A DNA stretch of 64,000 nucleotides from the NCBI GenBank assembly GCA_028534125.1, contig CM052817.1, forward strand, positions 37,016,001 through 37,080,000. The letters run 5' to 3'. The notes under the pieces were generated by a model that made no database searches, was not told the origin of the DNA, and saw only the letters and a list, made by a program, of their open reading frames with translations. The stretch's first letter is position 1; each line of letters starts with the position of its first letter. Below are positions 37,669 through 49,472 of the stretch, one piece after another. Source of the DNA: Lama glama (Eukaryota). Made by a program: the position numbers and the translations under genes.

Positions 37669-38200
37669 CAGCGTGGGAACGAGCGCTCTTAGTTTGGGCC
37701 GCAGCCTCCGCCCGCGTCACAGCCCCGCGCCCCAGCCCGGGCGTCCAGCGAGCGCTGGAACCTGCTCGCCCTCCCGCTCCGGAGAAGGAGTAGCTATATC
37801 TGTCTTATCAACACAGAGAACAAAAGCTCTCTCAAAATGACAGCACACCTCTACCCTAACGCTCCCAGCGCTGGCGTCCGCCGTCAGGGGAAACAGCCTC
37901 GCGGGCCGCGACGTCCCCGGTGCGTGACGCACTTTACGGCCGTGTCGCAAAGCGAAGACAGTGCCGGCTTCGTAGCGCTTGCCTTCCTCGTTTTCCTAGT
38001 CTGGCTGAGGCGCATTTGGGACGAGGTGGAGGTGTGGGGAGCGGCTGTGGTACCGAGAAAGCGGAAAAGAAAGGAGGAAGTGAGAGGAGACGAAGAAAAT
38101 TAGAAGGGAGAAGAAAGCAAGGGGTCAGAGAGAAGTGTGTTGTCCTGGTTTTTTCGGCAGAAAGAGATTACAGGCCCTGACGCAGTGAACCACGCGCGTC
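37540..38200. promoter_or_regulatory. CpG island / NUDT9 promoter and 5'UTR
   Basis: The only CpG-dense, GC-rich stretch in the window; spans NUDT9 exon 1; GC-box-like ctccgccc at ~37706-37713 and CRE-like TGACGCA motifs. Confidence 0.9.
37562..37668 (-). CDS. NUDT9: NUDT9 exon 1 coding part (leader [35 protein letters not shown])
   Basis: ATG at 37668-37666; donor cag|gtattt. Confidence 0.95.
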
Positions 38201-38620
38201 CTAGTCATATCTGAATAATAAGTGGTTACAGGAAAAGGAGGTAGGGAGGAGACTTACAGTCCTCGTATCTGGGGATGCAATGAGTGAAGTTCGACGGGTG
38301 TGGCCCTGGCAAACCCGCACATAGCCTGGAGGAGGAACAGGGCCACACACGAGATAACTCAAGAGGCAAAAATTAGTCACACTGCCAAACTGAAAGTTGG
38401 AAATCAAGATTATCCAAAACAGTTTGTGATCTGGTTTTCATCTTTGATAATATCTTATTAATATCTTCGAAAATTTAACTTCTAGTACACAATCCATTGT
38501 TTCAGTGGTGTGGTATACATTGTAAAACTTTTGACCATTTCAAAAGCCAGATTTACCAAACTTTTAACAACTGTGCTGAAGGCATCTAAACGTCTGCACT
38601 AAGAGACTTGACCAAACTCT

Positions 38621-39108
38621 TGTCAGCGAACATTCAATTAACTACTAAGTTAAGAATCAAAAAGGGAATTTTATTGGAGCCTAACTGAAGATTTTAACCT
38701 GGGAAGCAGATTCTCAGAAAGCTTCGTTAGAAGACGAAGGCTCAGTCATATGTTTTTGAGTCAAAGGATCATACAGCAAAATGACATACTGAAATTTCAC
38801 ATGAAGTTCACCAGAGATACGTAGTCCAGGTAAGCCGCTGCAAGGCCATTGAGTCAATACGGACCCCCCCCCTTCCAACACACACACACAAAGTGGGAAG
38901 AAACATTATTCTTTTAAGAAGTTTCATTGTTAGCGTCAGAATAAAGGGAACAAACTGATCTTTAAGATTGAGCAGGCACTCCCATCTTTGAGAAGTTCTG
39001 GTTAAGTGTAATGCAGAGGCACGCTGCACATTAGGGAGGGAGATCCAAACAAACAATTTTATGTTTAATTTTTTTCTTGTGCCTTAAAATATAAATTTTA
39101 TTTCATTG
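38621..39108 (-). mobile_element. ERV1-class solo LTR, inserted in an older LTR (~38520-39740)
   Basis: 4-bp TSD CTCT (38617-38620, 39109-39112); same family as 26816-27321. Confidence 0.8.
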
Positions 39109-39869
39109 CTCTGATATGGCTTCTAACAGCTTAAAGCCTTGTCCCTAGGATAATCCCAGTGCCCCTATCCCCACCTCTATAAAATACCTGCCTAGAAGAG
39201 CTCAACACTGCCAGAATTTACTGTTTGTTCCAGGCAAAACCAGGATAGGCAGACAGATCCGAGACCCCTTTCTTGGAGCAGTTTCTTTAGAAAGCTTGCA
39301 AATATAAATCCTTTCTCTGCCCTTTGTGATATAAATCTACCACTCAGAACTGTTTCCTTAAGGCCCTGAGAGCCCCTGTCTTTAAAATGCAAATATTCAG
39401 GAAGATAACTGTGCTACCTCCACATCCTTGGCAGAGGATAAGGACCTAACTTCAGTGGGTGCCTTTCTTCAGCTTGCACTACTGCCTCCTGTCATAAAGA
39501 TAGGAGAAGTTTGTTTCTCCTCTGACAAATGTCAATTAACAGACCAGATGGCCTAGTCACATGGTTCACCCACCTACCCCCTTACCACCCCTTAGTGCCT
39601 TTCCCTTAGCACACTTCAGCCTTTGAAAAGTTTCCAGTCTTCTGTTTCAGGGAAGTGGATTCAGTTCATAGTGTAGTGTTTATTGAATAAAATATGTACT
39701 TACCACTGTAAGTAATATCCAGCTTTGTTTATCTTTAATAATTTATCCAGTTAGCAAAGTACTGTTATTAAAATATGCTTGCCTTTTAAAAAATAAAAGG
39801 ACTTGGCTTCCTGTAATCTTATAAACTTCGCTTTCAATGTTGGTAACAGCTATTAACCTCTGTTTAAAC

Positions 39870-40262
39870 TGGCATTAAAAAACAAAATTCAACTGAGTAA
39901 ATCTGAAAATAATTGGCTTTATTAAATAATTCATGAACCAGGCAGCATCCTATCTAATAAATAGAAAGGAGCTCTAAGGAGCTGTACAAATGGAAGGTTT
40001 TTAAAGTCAGGAAGGAGTGGGACAAGGAAGTGAAAAAGAAAAGAAAGGATTATTTCAGGCACAGTCACCTTTCTTTGGGAAAAAGGGAGGAATTTATCAT
40101 GCTGATTACTGCACTAATGTTGATCAGGAAATTCCAGACTGATTGGTTTAAAATCACAATTCCAGGAGCAGCTGAAACTGCAATTAAGTATTGAGTTTTG
40201 GTTTGTTTATGTGGGACTTAACATAAGTGACTTTGTTTTGAACTTGTTCCTTTTTTAACACT
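39870..40262 (-). mobile_element. LTR-like repeat (related copy at ~63275-63640)
   Basis: Shared block ggcagcatcc.atcta...atagaaaggagctct with 63345-63380. Confidence 0.65.
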
Positions 40263-41037
40263 GGAAATGTATTGGGCAGGCTCTATTAAAAAGATTCAGC
40301 TCAAATTAGTTCAACTGACAAATTAGTCTTTAGGGAGAAGAAGAGTAAGGCAGTGAGTCACAAAACCTCTGATCAAAGAACGGGAGAAACAGAAAGGAGT
40401 TCACATAGGAAGTTCTTCAAGCCCTAGTCTTCCGACTCTACATTCCTTAAGGGAAAGTTGGAGTTGACTTAGTTTAAAGAACTAAGCAAACAACTGTACA
40501 AACACACAACTATGCAAACAAAACCAACTCCCTGGCACTGAGACTGCACCACAGTTAGCTCAGACAGCGGGGTCTCCTGTGTTCCTCTCTTCAGGGACAT
40601 GCATTCCCCAGTCTGCAAGACTGTAGTGTGTGTGTGCTGCAGCCCACTTGGGCAGAACTGAAATGCCATCTTGAATATTTACTATTTTATATTATTGGCC
40701 ATCTACCCACATCCTAAATTAAATGGGTGTCATCAGAACTTAAGAAAGTGAGGGCTTTTGTTTTTTATTCTATATTTTTATTTAGAAGCCAGATACCATC
40801 ATTTAAGTGCATCTCATAATAGTTGGTGAGACAGGCACAAGAGACTGAGAAATAAATATTTTTAAATAGGAAAGCCGTGTACGTAATTACTGAAATTGAT
40901 AAGTATGCTAAAAACAAGAATGATTAAGAATTCCAACTATCTCCCCCTTTTTCCATTCATTTTGTATATAACAAATGTTAACTGATTACTTACTATTTAC
41001 CAAGCACTGCCCTAGATGCCAGGAATACAACTGTGAA

Positions 41038-41552
41038 AGTCAGGGAGGAAAATTTTTTCTTCTACCCTTTTAGGTTTTTTGGTCTTATTTATTAATTAAG
41101 ACGGATTAGCAGGAGAAGAACAAATTCGATTTCATACACACAGGAGCCCACATGTCACACAGACATGAGAGGGTCAAAGACAATCAGGCAATTAAAGCTT
41201 ATAGGCCATTCTGAGCTAAGGAGAAGAAGGTAGGCATCTGGATCTTCAAAGGGAAGGAAGACAATTCATAGGAAAATGGGAAGAGCACATGTTTGGTAAA
41301 CAGTTTGTCATGCCACATGCAGAGACAATGGGATACAGCAAGGAATTTGAACAAACAGGTCCACTGAACTCCCCCCAGCTCACACTCTTGTAGTTATCTC
41401 TGGACCAAGCCCTCTATCTGAATTCTTTTAGGCAGTTAAGGGGGTGGTAAAAAAGCTCTTCCTGAGTCTTTTGATCCTCAGTTGTCTTCACCTCAAAATA
41501 ATTCATGTGCAAAAGTGGCACATTTAAGGGAGACTCATTCTGAACCCCTTAA
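41038..41552 (-). mobile_element. ERV1-class solo LTR inserted into an L2
   Basis: TGAA duplication at 41034-41037 and 41553-41556; related to ~44170-44695 and ~62335-62850. Confidence 0.65.
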
Positions 41553-41960
41553 TGAACAAAATGGACAAGGCCATGCTTTCATGAAGCTTACTTTCTAGAG
41601 GAAGGGAATCAACCCTAAGTTAAGTAAACAAACTGGGGATTACAGTACAATGAAGGAAATAGACAACTTGCTGTGGAAAAGAATAATTGAAGCAGATATG
41701 GCTTCTTTAGATTACAAGAGAGGGGTGTCCAAGAAGGCTTTTCTGAGGAGGATGCATTTTGAAAGATACCTAAGACTTGTGAAGTTGCCAGCCACTTGAA
41801 AAGTTGGGGAAAGAGCATTCCAGAGAGGACTGTAAGTGCAAAAATCTTTGAGACAGGAAAGAGCTTGGCCATAATCAAGAAAGAGAAATGTCAATGTGCT
41901 AAAGCACACTAGTAAGCCAGGGAAATCATGATCTGCAGTGAAGCCAGAGAGGTGGGCCAG

Positions 41961-42450
41961 TATGGTTGACACAGCTCGCTGCATCCCAATACCCATTTAC
42001 CCACTCTCCCTTCTTCCACGTCATGTAGAAATGTGTCCAGTTAAAAATTTACTTCACCAAGATCCCTGCAGTTAAAAGGGCCATTTGACCCTCCCTGGAA
42101 AGTGAGATGAATGTGCAGCCTGCTGTGTAGGTCTTCTGGGAAGGCTATTATTCTCCTAGTGAAAAAAGACTCGCTCATTTGGCAGGAATTATTAACTGTT
42201 TGTTGTTTCCCCTCCCTCCTTTATTCTGCTTGAAAGGAGGACAATTTCTAGAGAAGGAGTAGCCATCCTGATACCATAATAACAAAAACCACACACGAGG
42301 ATGGCAGAATAGGGAGTAAGAAGGACCCTGAGTCTTTTATGACTTCCTCAAGTAGTTGCACCCATCCTGGATATCTTGCTTCTGGGCTAATGAGAAAAAT
42401 AAACCCTTATTTGGCTAAGCTACTATGGTTGTGAAAATCTTGACATAAGA
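41961..42450 (+). mobile_element. Old MLT1-type LTR
   Basis: MLT1-like 3' part (gaggatggcagaatag...gagaaaaataaacccttatttggctaagc). Confidence 0.55.
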
Positions 42451-42980
42451 GCCAAATCATATAAGGTTTTATAGGCTATGGTAAGGAATTAGGACTTTAC
42501 CCCAAGTGCAATGGAAAACCATTAATACTCCACCCAACTATTCCTCGCGACATAGAGAAGTATGATAAGAGTTGGAACTAGATAAACAGAAACACTAGGG
42601 TGGAGGTTGGAGTGGGAAGCCAGGTTACTGGATTCTTAATACCTGACTCCACTACCATCATACCATCTCCACATACCATCTTCTTTCCCATAAAACACTG
42701 GATCAGAAGTAGCCTGCTGCCCTCTTTTCTCTTCCCTTATGGCAAGGATTTTCTTCATATTTTCTGTATTCTTTCAATCAGGAGAAACTTCCCACCCACC
42801 AGTTCTGTTTCTTAGTAAATTAATGCATGCTGAAGGAAGTTTTAAAGCCCTTTTTCACTTGACAAAGTCTGGCTTTCAATCCTGCATTAGCGACTCAGAA
42901 ATCCTATTTGACAGTCACTTCTTTGTTCCATTTCGTATCTACTCTTCCCTCTGAAATAATAAAACCATTATGTCACCATT

Positions 42981-43054
42981 AGGTGCTGGGGTTTAAATCT
43001 AGGACGTTATGCATGCCAACTACATGTTCTACCCCTGAGCTAAACCCTCCACCC
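42981..43054 (-). mobile_element. Camelid SINE (diverged)
   Basis: Reverse complement of the tRNA-Ala-like body. Confidence 0.7.
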
Positions 43055-44169
43055 TGAGAATTTGACAGGTAGATTTGGTCAAGTCTGGGAAAGCTCCACT
43101 TTTAAGAAGTAACACTTGAAATGAGATTTGAGGGAAGAATAGGAGTCAATCAAAAAATGAAGACAAAGAAAAAACCGTATGCAGTCCTGCTGACAGGATG
43201 TCCTACTGGCAGGGTGTCTGGTACATGTAAGTGATCAGTAAATCAAGATCTCTTTCTCCTCTCCTCTCCCTTCCTTAGGGAATCTACTAGTGTAGTTACA
43301 GTGCTATTCAGAGAGATACAGAACTTCTACAGTGGGACCCCTTCACAGGTTTCCCTAGAATCTTCCTGAGCAACACGGTATGCAATAGTCCATGGAAAAA
43401 AATGTCATCATGGGTTACAGTTCATCTGTAGCTGAACAATAAATAAATCTGTGATATAGCTTGCATCAGCAAGGCAGGAACCAATAATCAAATGTAGTCT
43501 ACTGTACAAAGAGCCAAGCATGTTCTCAGTGCAATCAGTGTTCCAGGATGGGACTGGACATGATCAAAGATGTTCAAAAAGCCCAACAAACCATCCTCTA
43601 ACAGAACTTTTATTAATAAGGAGAACTTGTTGACTCTTGGGGTTATTTAATTAAATAAGAAAGTAGTTCAAGGACAATCTTTGCAAATGTTACTATGTGT
43701 TACACCAAAGAGATTTCAAAGAATGGTCTTTTGCAGTTGAAAATAAGTATTTTCCAGTTTTCATAGATATTCTGTTAGAGTTGTTACATGGAATAGACAA
43801 AGTTAGCTTATTTAACAGCTAGTTGAAAAACAAGCATTTTGTTTCCACATTTTACGTTAGTAATTTTGTCCTTTTTAGGAGTTCCATAAGGTTCCATAAA
43901 TAAGCTTTCATCAATAGTTATAGCTAGAGAAAAAACCTAGAAACAAAGGTTTCCATCAAATCAAGGCTACTGCATACAGCAGCAGTGCTGCGATGAGCAG
44001 TATAAGAACATACCTCCATTAAGTGTGAATTCTCATCCCCATCGTTCCACCTTTCATTTCTCCTATTAGAGCATATGTGCTTTCCATTTCATAATTGTTT
44101 GAGTAGGGTGTCTTCTATATTGAAGGCATTATCTTATTTGTTTGTTTTTAAGGGTTAACATTAATTTAT

Positions 44170-44695
44170 TATCAGAAAGGGGGAAATTTCCCTCTCTACC
44201 TTTCTTGAGCACTTGTGGCTAGACACAAGACAGACTAAAGAAGGAGAAAAAGAAACAAATTTTAATCATGTGCATGGAAGTTCGCACAGAAATGAGCCTA
44301 AGAAGTGGCCAAAGCAAACAGCTTTTATATTTTTTAGACAAAGAAACAAATTTGTGAGTAATTGACAGGAAAAAGAAACTTAGGTTCTGGGTGCCTTATT
44401 AGTGAAGAATCCAAAAGGAGTTTGGGCTTGGGGTAGTGAATTAAAGAAGTAACAAGGTTTTTTTTTTATAGCTTCTTAGCCCGGGTTCCCTATCTCTGGT
44501 GATAAGGGTGGCCTTCTACCTCAAGATATGGCAAGTACAACTTTCACATGAGAGATTTATTTCCTGCTTTCATGGAGACAGAAAGAAGGGTCAGAGTGTT
44601 CTTCTTGCATTGATTGCTTCTTAAGTAACTTTAATTCAAAATAATCAGTATGCCATTGATGTACATTTTGGGATAGCCAGCCCTGGATCCCAATA
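44170..44695 (-). mobile_element. ERV1-class solo LTR
   Basis: Similarity to 41038-41552 and, in reverse, to 62335-62850; boundaries approximate. Confidence 0.65.
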
Positions 44696-46166
44696 TTATC
44701 AAAAAAGACAGATCACTTTCACTTAAAGGTAACTGGGATAGAGAAGAAAAGGTCAACACAAAATACTGATATGAATGTAAAATGGCACAACTGTTTAGAG
44801 TGGGCCCTTAAGCAGTCATGGGTATGTACATAAGAAAGCCGCAATCCTAAATACAGTAGCATTCCTGAAGGATGTTCCTTCTGGTGCAGAAAAGTGATTT
44901 GAATGTAGCTGACTATTCCATATTTACCTACAGCTTGCTAAAGGAATTTGCAAACTGCTATCCCTTTGATTCAGACACTTGACCTGTATCACTGGGCAAA
45001 TACTAATTAAAAGAGCAAGTTATAAATTAAAAGAAGCTTGATTTTCTCTGTTGAAGAGAAACCCCGGCCCCACCAACCTTTCAGAATCTTTATGTACTTT
45101 TCAAATGTAAATCTCTTTAATGATCAAGTTTCTTACCAGTCTCAACACACATTTCATATTAGTCAAATCTTTGGTAGTCCCGTGATCCCCAACAACTGGA
45201 ATAGTCATTGAGATTATGTGCAGAGCATTTAAAGCATGTCAGAAAGCTGGAATTCCCTTTGTAGCTTTGTGGTTAAGATTGCCAGGAAATTTAATGGCCA
45301 AAACAGAGCATTAATGTCCAAAGAGGGAATAAGTTAAAAGTGCCATACTAGAAAATGGAAAAATCAAACTCCAGACATTGAGTTTAAGAACTAGGAATAT
45401 ATAAAGAACATGGCAGTGTTCCTAAGGCAGGATGGGGAAACTCTAGGCCACATTCTTCCCCTGAGCCCAAATCAGTCCCATATGGATGTTTTCTACCAAT
45501 CTGGATAAGGGCCCCAGCATCCTTCCCTCTAGAAGAAATGCCAGGTAAGATTCTCCATTCATGCCAGCAAGTTTTTCTTGTCCTGATTAAAGGTAGGCTG
45601 AAGCAGGGACTAGGATTCATTCATTAGCCCCAGGAACCTGGCCATTTGTCCCTCTCCCTTCTCGCTCCAGGAGATTTTGTTAGGGGACATGGCATTCACA
45701 AGCACCCTCCTGTTTACATATGCTGGCCTGTTGGGGAAGATAGACAAATCACTGCTAGTCACTCTGAGGAATATACCTTCAAATAACTCATGGGTATATA
45801 ATTTTTTTGTCTTATTGTGCTTGCAACACCTTTAAATTTTACCATTAAATACTGAGCATAAGTATGTATTGGTCTTAAGTCTGCAGATTTTTGAAATGTA
45901 AAGATAAATGAACAAATGGCTTAAAAGATGTGACGCAGTAAACACCAATTGTCAAATCTAGGTGGTGATAAAATTCTAGGTAAAGGTTATACTTTATACC
46001 CTCTACCACTAAGAAAGAGAGAGAGTTCATTCATCCTGGCCTCTTTGAGCTTTGCAGGTGACATATACATAAGTACAACAGTTGAGAACACCCTTTTGAC
46101 ACATTTCTTGGTGACCTCAGAATGCTGCCAGTTTTGAGAGTCGTCAGAATAACAGGTACTCGACGT

Positions 46167-46413
46167 CAGGTCCAGGCTGTGCTGCAAGCTTTCCTGCTTC
46201 TTGGTCCATATGTCCCTGCAGATCCCCTGGGCAGGATTTAGCCGTGGTGGATACAGAAGCTGTGTATGACTTCACAGAGCAAAACCCGAAGGGCTCTGGA
46301 GCAGGGCTGTGCCTTCCATGACAAAGAGCTCATTGTTGTTTGAAAATCAGCTCCTGACATGTCACTTGGCCCTTGTAAATACCAAGTACCTGACCATGGA
46401 CAATCCAGTGACT
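46167..46413 (+). mobile_element. Degenerate ERV-L pol fragment (RT-RNase H connection)
   Basis: Frameshifted translation QVQAVLQAFLLLGPYVPADP...GLWSRAVPS...FENQLLTCHLALVNTKYLTMDNPVT resembles recalled ERV-L Pol (LPLGPYDPADP...FEKQLLACYWAL). Confidence 0.8.
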
Positions 46414-47429
46414 AGGTGACCCTAGGTGGATGTGTTAACCCTACTCATACCGTTAAAATAGCATTTAATATACTCGAGGCACAACTTTAAAATGATTTTC
46501 CAAATTCTGCAGGATTAGTAAATCTTCTTTAGTTTGTTCTTTGTCTCTTATATGTTTGTCCCAAAGAGATACAATTTATGTCCACTGTTCATACTGTTCT
46601 CAAAGAAATTGGATTCTGTGTTTAGTTTCTCTGGAAGACATTGTTGTGTCGATGAGAGAGAAATATAAATGTGAGCAAGGAAGTGAGCAGAGACCACATC
46701 ATGCAGAAGTTTCCTGAATAGAGCAAGGAGTTGAGATTGTATTCTAAGTGCAATGTGAAGCTTCCAGTGAATTAATCAGGAGATGACAGGATTTGATCTT
46801 CATTTTTAAAATATCACTCTGGCTACTGTAAAGAAGAGTTGAGAAATAGAGTAGTAGGTGAAGAGGGATATGATGAGGCAGCATTTGTTATTAAGATAGG
46901 AGATAGAGTGTGTTTGTATGCCAATGAGAATGATTCAGCACAGTGCTGAATATGCCACTGTAGCATAAAATTTTTTTTAAACTGAAGGCACTTGACAATA
47001 TGGGCTTTTAAACTCCCTTATCTACTTGGAATCAAGAACCTCCCCAAAACTCAGTTATCATAAATCCTCTCCACAGGAGTGTTTGGAGTTTTCCAACCTG
47101 GAAAGATTGTCATAGAGCTTACAACTATCACATCTCCTGTCTGTTCTCTTAGGGGCCAATTAATCTTTCCTAAAAGTCATTTGTTTTCCCAAAAATGCCC
47201 TTCTCTCCCTCCCCTTTGCCTGTTAAAATAGTATACAAGCCCCCAATTCTAATCACCTCCTTGAGTCACATTTTTCTGTGAACTCTTATGCATACATGAA
47301 TAAACGTTTCTTTTCTCATGCCAGTCTCATATTTGTCTGTTTATTTGCAGAACCCCATTCACTAAACATAAGAGAGCAGACAAAAGGTTTTTCCTCTCCA
47401 ACAGGTAGAAAATGATTCAATAAGAATGT

Positions 47430-48430
47430 CACAGAGATGACCCCTAGGGCTCTGGAGGACTTGGCTTCCAGAACAGAGAACTATTTGCCTTGAAGAGGGA
47501 ATAATTGCAAAAGTGAAGTTCTTCCAAATGCTGGAAGTGCAGAAAGAGCAATAAGGGATGGGATCCAGTGCCCAGTGGGGAGGTAGGAGCAGGAACCAGA
47601 AGAAGAGGCAGTGAGCCTGGCGTCAAGTGCAGAGAGTTTGACTGATCTGGTAGTTGGACAGTGAGGACATCTCTTGTGATTGCTACTATTTTTGTCAACT
47701 GAGACAACTTTATCAGTTGACAGTGAGGATAGGAAAGGGAGTAAAAGCAGTCTGAAGAGAGAGGACATGTGACACAGCCTCTTTCAGAGAGTGGGAAAGG
47801 AAACATCATAGGAAATTTCGTCTTAGTATTTAATACCCATCTGAAGTCTGTGTCCTCAAATTCAGTCTGCACAGTTGAGTTTGTTTATTTGTTTTCAGGA
47901 ATGCTCGGCTTCTTGGTGGAAGCACAGAAAAGAAGAAAACAGGACTTAACAAGGGGTTAAATCTTCATCAGGTGAGTCCAATGGAGGGCATGAGACTCAG
48001 GAGGATGATTACAATGAAGGGTCATGGAATCTAAGCTGAGTAAGGAGAGGAGGGAGGAACTGAGTTGGGTAATCAGTGATTGAAAGGGGAAGAGTCAGCT
48101 GATTGAAGGACGCCAGTCAAGTAGTTGCTGTAGTAGAGTATTCAAGTGGGTCAGTTAGCAGGAGAGGGATGGCAGTAAGAATGTGGGAAGCTACAAGCTA
48201 AGGTTGGGATGCGTTGTAGTTACTGGGGATATCAAGGCCATAAATACAACCCTGAGAAAGGAAGGTAAGGAGAATCGAGTGAAAGATCAGCCTATCATTT
48301 TTCAGCCATATTCTAGTCTCTTCTCTGCACTTTGGTCTCTGATGTATAACTACTTTTACCATTGTACAATAGTGGTAGATTTGACAGTTCTCAGAGGATT
48401 TAGTGTCAAGGTTGATGAAAGAGCAATGAA
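47430..48430 (-). mobile_element. L2 internal fragment
   Basis: Purine-rich L2 ORF2-like sequence; accounts for the short ORFs at 47444-48473. Confidence 0.55.
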
Positions 48431-49011
48431 TTCTCAAAGGTCATCACCAGCAGGTAGATTTATGGCACAGTAAATAGACTTTTAATTCACACAGGAAAAA
48501 TCGTAAGACAATGGGTTCTGGCAGCTTTGTAAAGTTCCACGGAAAATCAAGGGAATAAACCAATTTGTGGCTTGGAAGGCTACAGACAATAAAGGTGACA
48601 AAAATGGAATAGCATTGAGTGCTTTTGCTTATGAGGAAGAAAACTCAATTGGGGGAAAGAGGACCTGAATTAAGCAAATTCCCTCTAATTTCTAGGGTTA
48701 CAAGTCAAGGACAAATAACCCTGCACATTCTTCTATTTACTCCCTCATCTCTGCACAGGTGAGTATTTTTATGTGAAATGAATCAAGTTATAATAAATAC
48801 CCACAGTAGCCTGAAGAGGAAAATAAGTTATAGTAAAACAAAGGTGGAGATTATACAAAAGACTCTGAATCTCTTTTTCTTAGTACAAGGTTTACTTGAG
48901 TTACTGAATAATAGAAAACAGTAAACAAATTACATGGAAACAGTGTTAAGTTCCAGTGCAGTGTGTAAACATCAATCTCTTTCAAATCCCAGATTAAAAA
49001 TTGAATAGTTT

Positions 49012-49472
49012 TGAGACAGGAGGAAAGGCGGCATGGCACAACCTTTAAAAGAATGACATAGCAATTGAGGTTAGGGCATAAACTGGTTAGAACCAACTTG
49101 GCCCAAGATGGCAGAAGATTCAACTTCCAGGGTAACTTGAGCTTCATTATAGGCTCATTGTAATACATCAGCATGCTAAATGATAAACCCACAGGTTCCA
49201 TGACAGTTCCCAAGCTAACCATAATAGGCCAAAAAGTGGGTGGGGGCCCAATTCCTGGAAATCCCCTTCTCCCCCAAAACAGTTGAAATAATCCTCCTAC
49301 TCATTAACATATGAAATTATACAGCCCATAAAAACTATGTTCTGGCACCACCTCTCTTGCCTTCTGAGACCGCTTGCACTCTGTATCTCCCTGAGTAAAT
49401 CTACTTTCATTTTACCATGGCTCACTTTTGTATTCTTTCCTGCATAAGACAAGAACCTGTTTTCCGACAGCA
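49012..49472 (+). mobile_element. ERV1-class solo LTR
   Basis: TG...CA termini with 4-bp TSD GTTT (49008-49011, 49473-49476). Confidence 0.75.

Noticed and set aside
37439..38180. Overlapping ORFs in the CpG island
   Set aside because: Stop-poor GC-rich DNA; the true NUDT9 exon 1 is a different frame starting at 37668.
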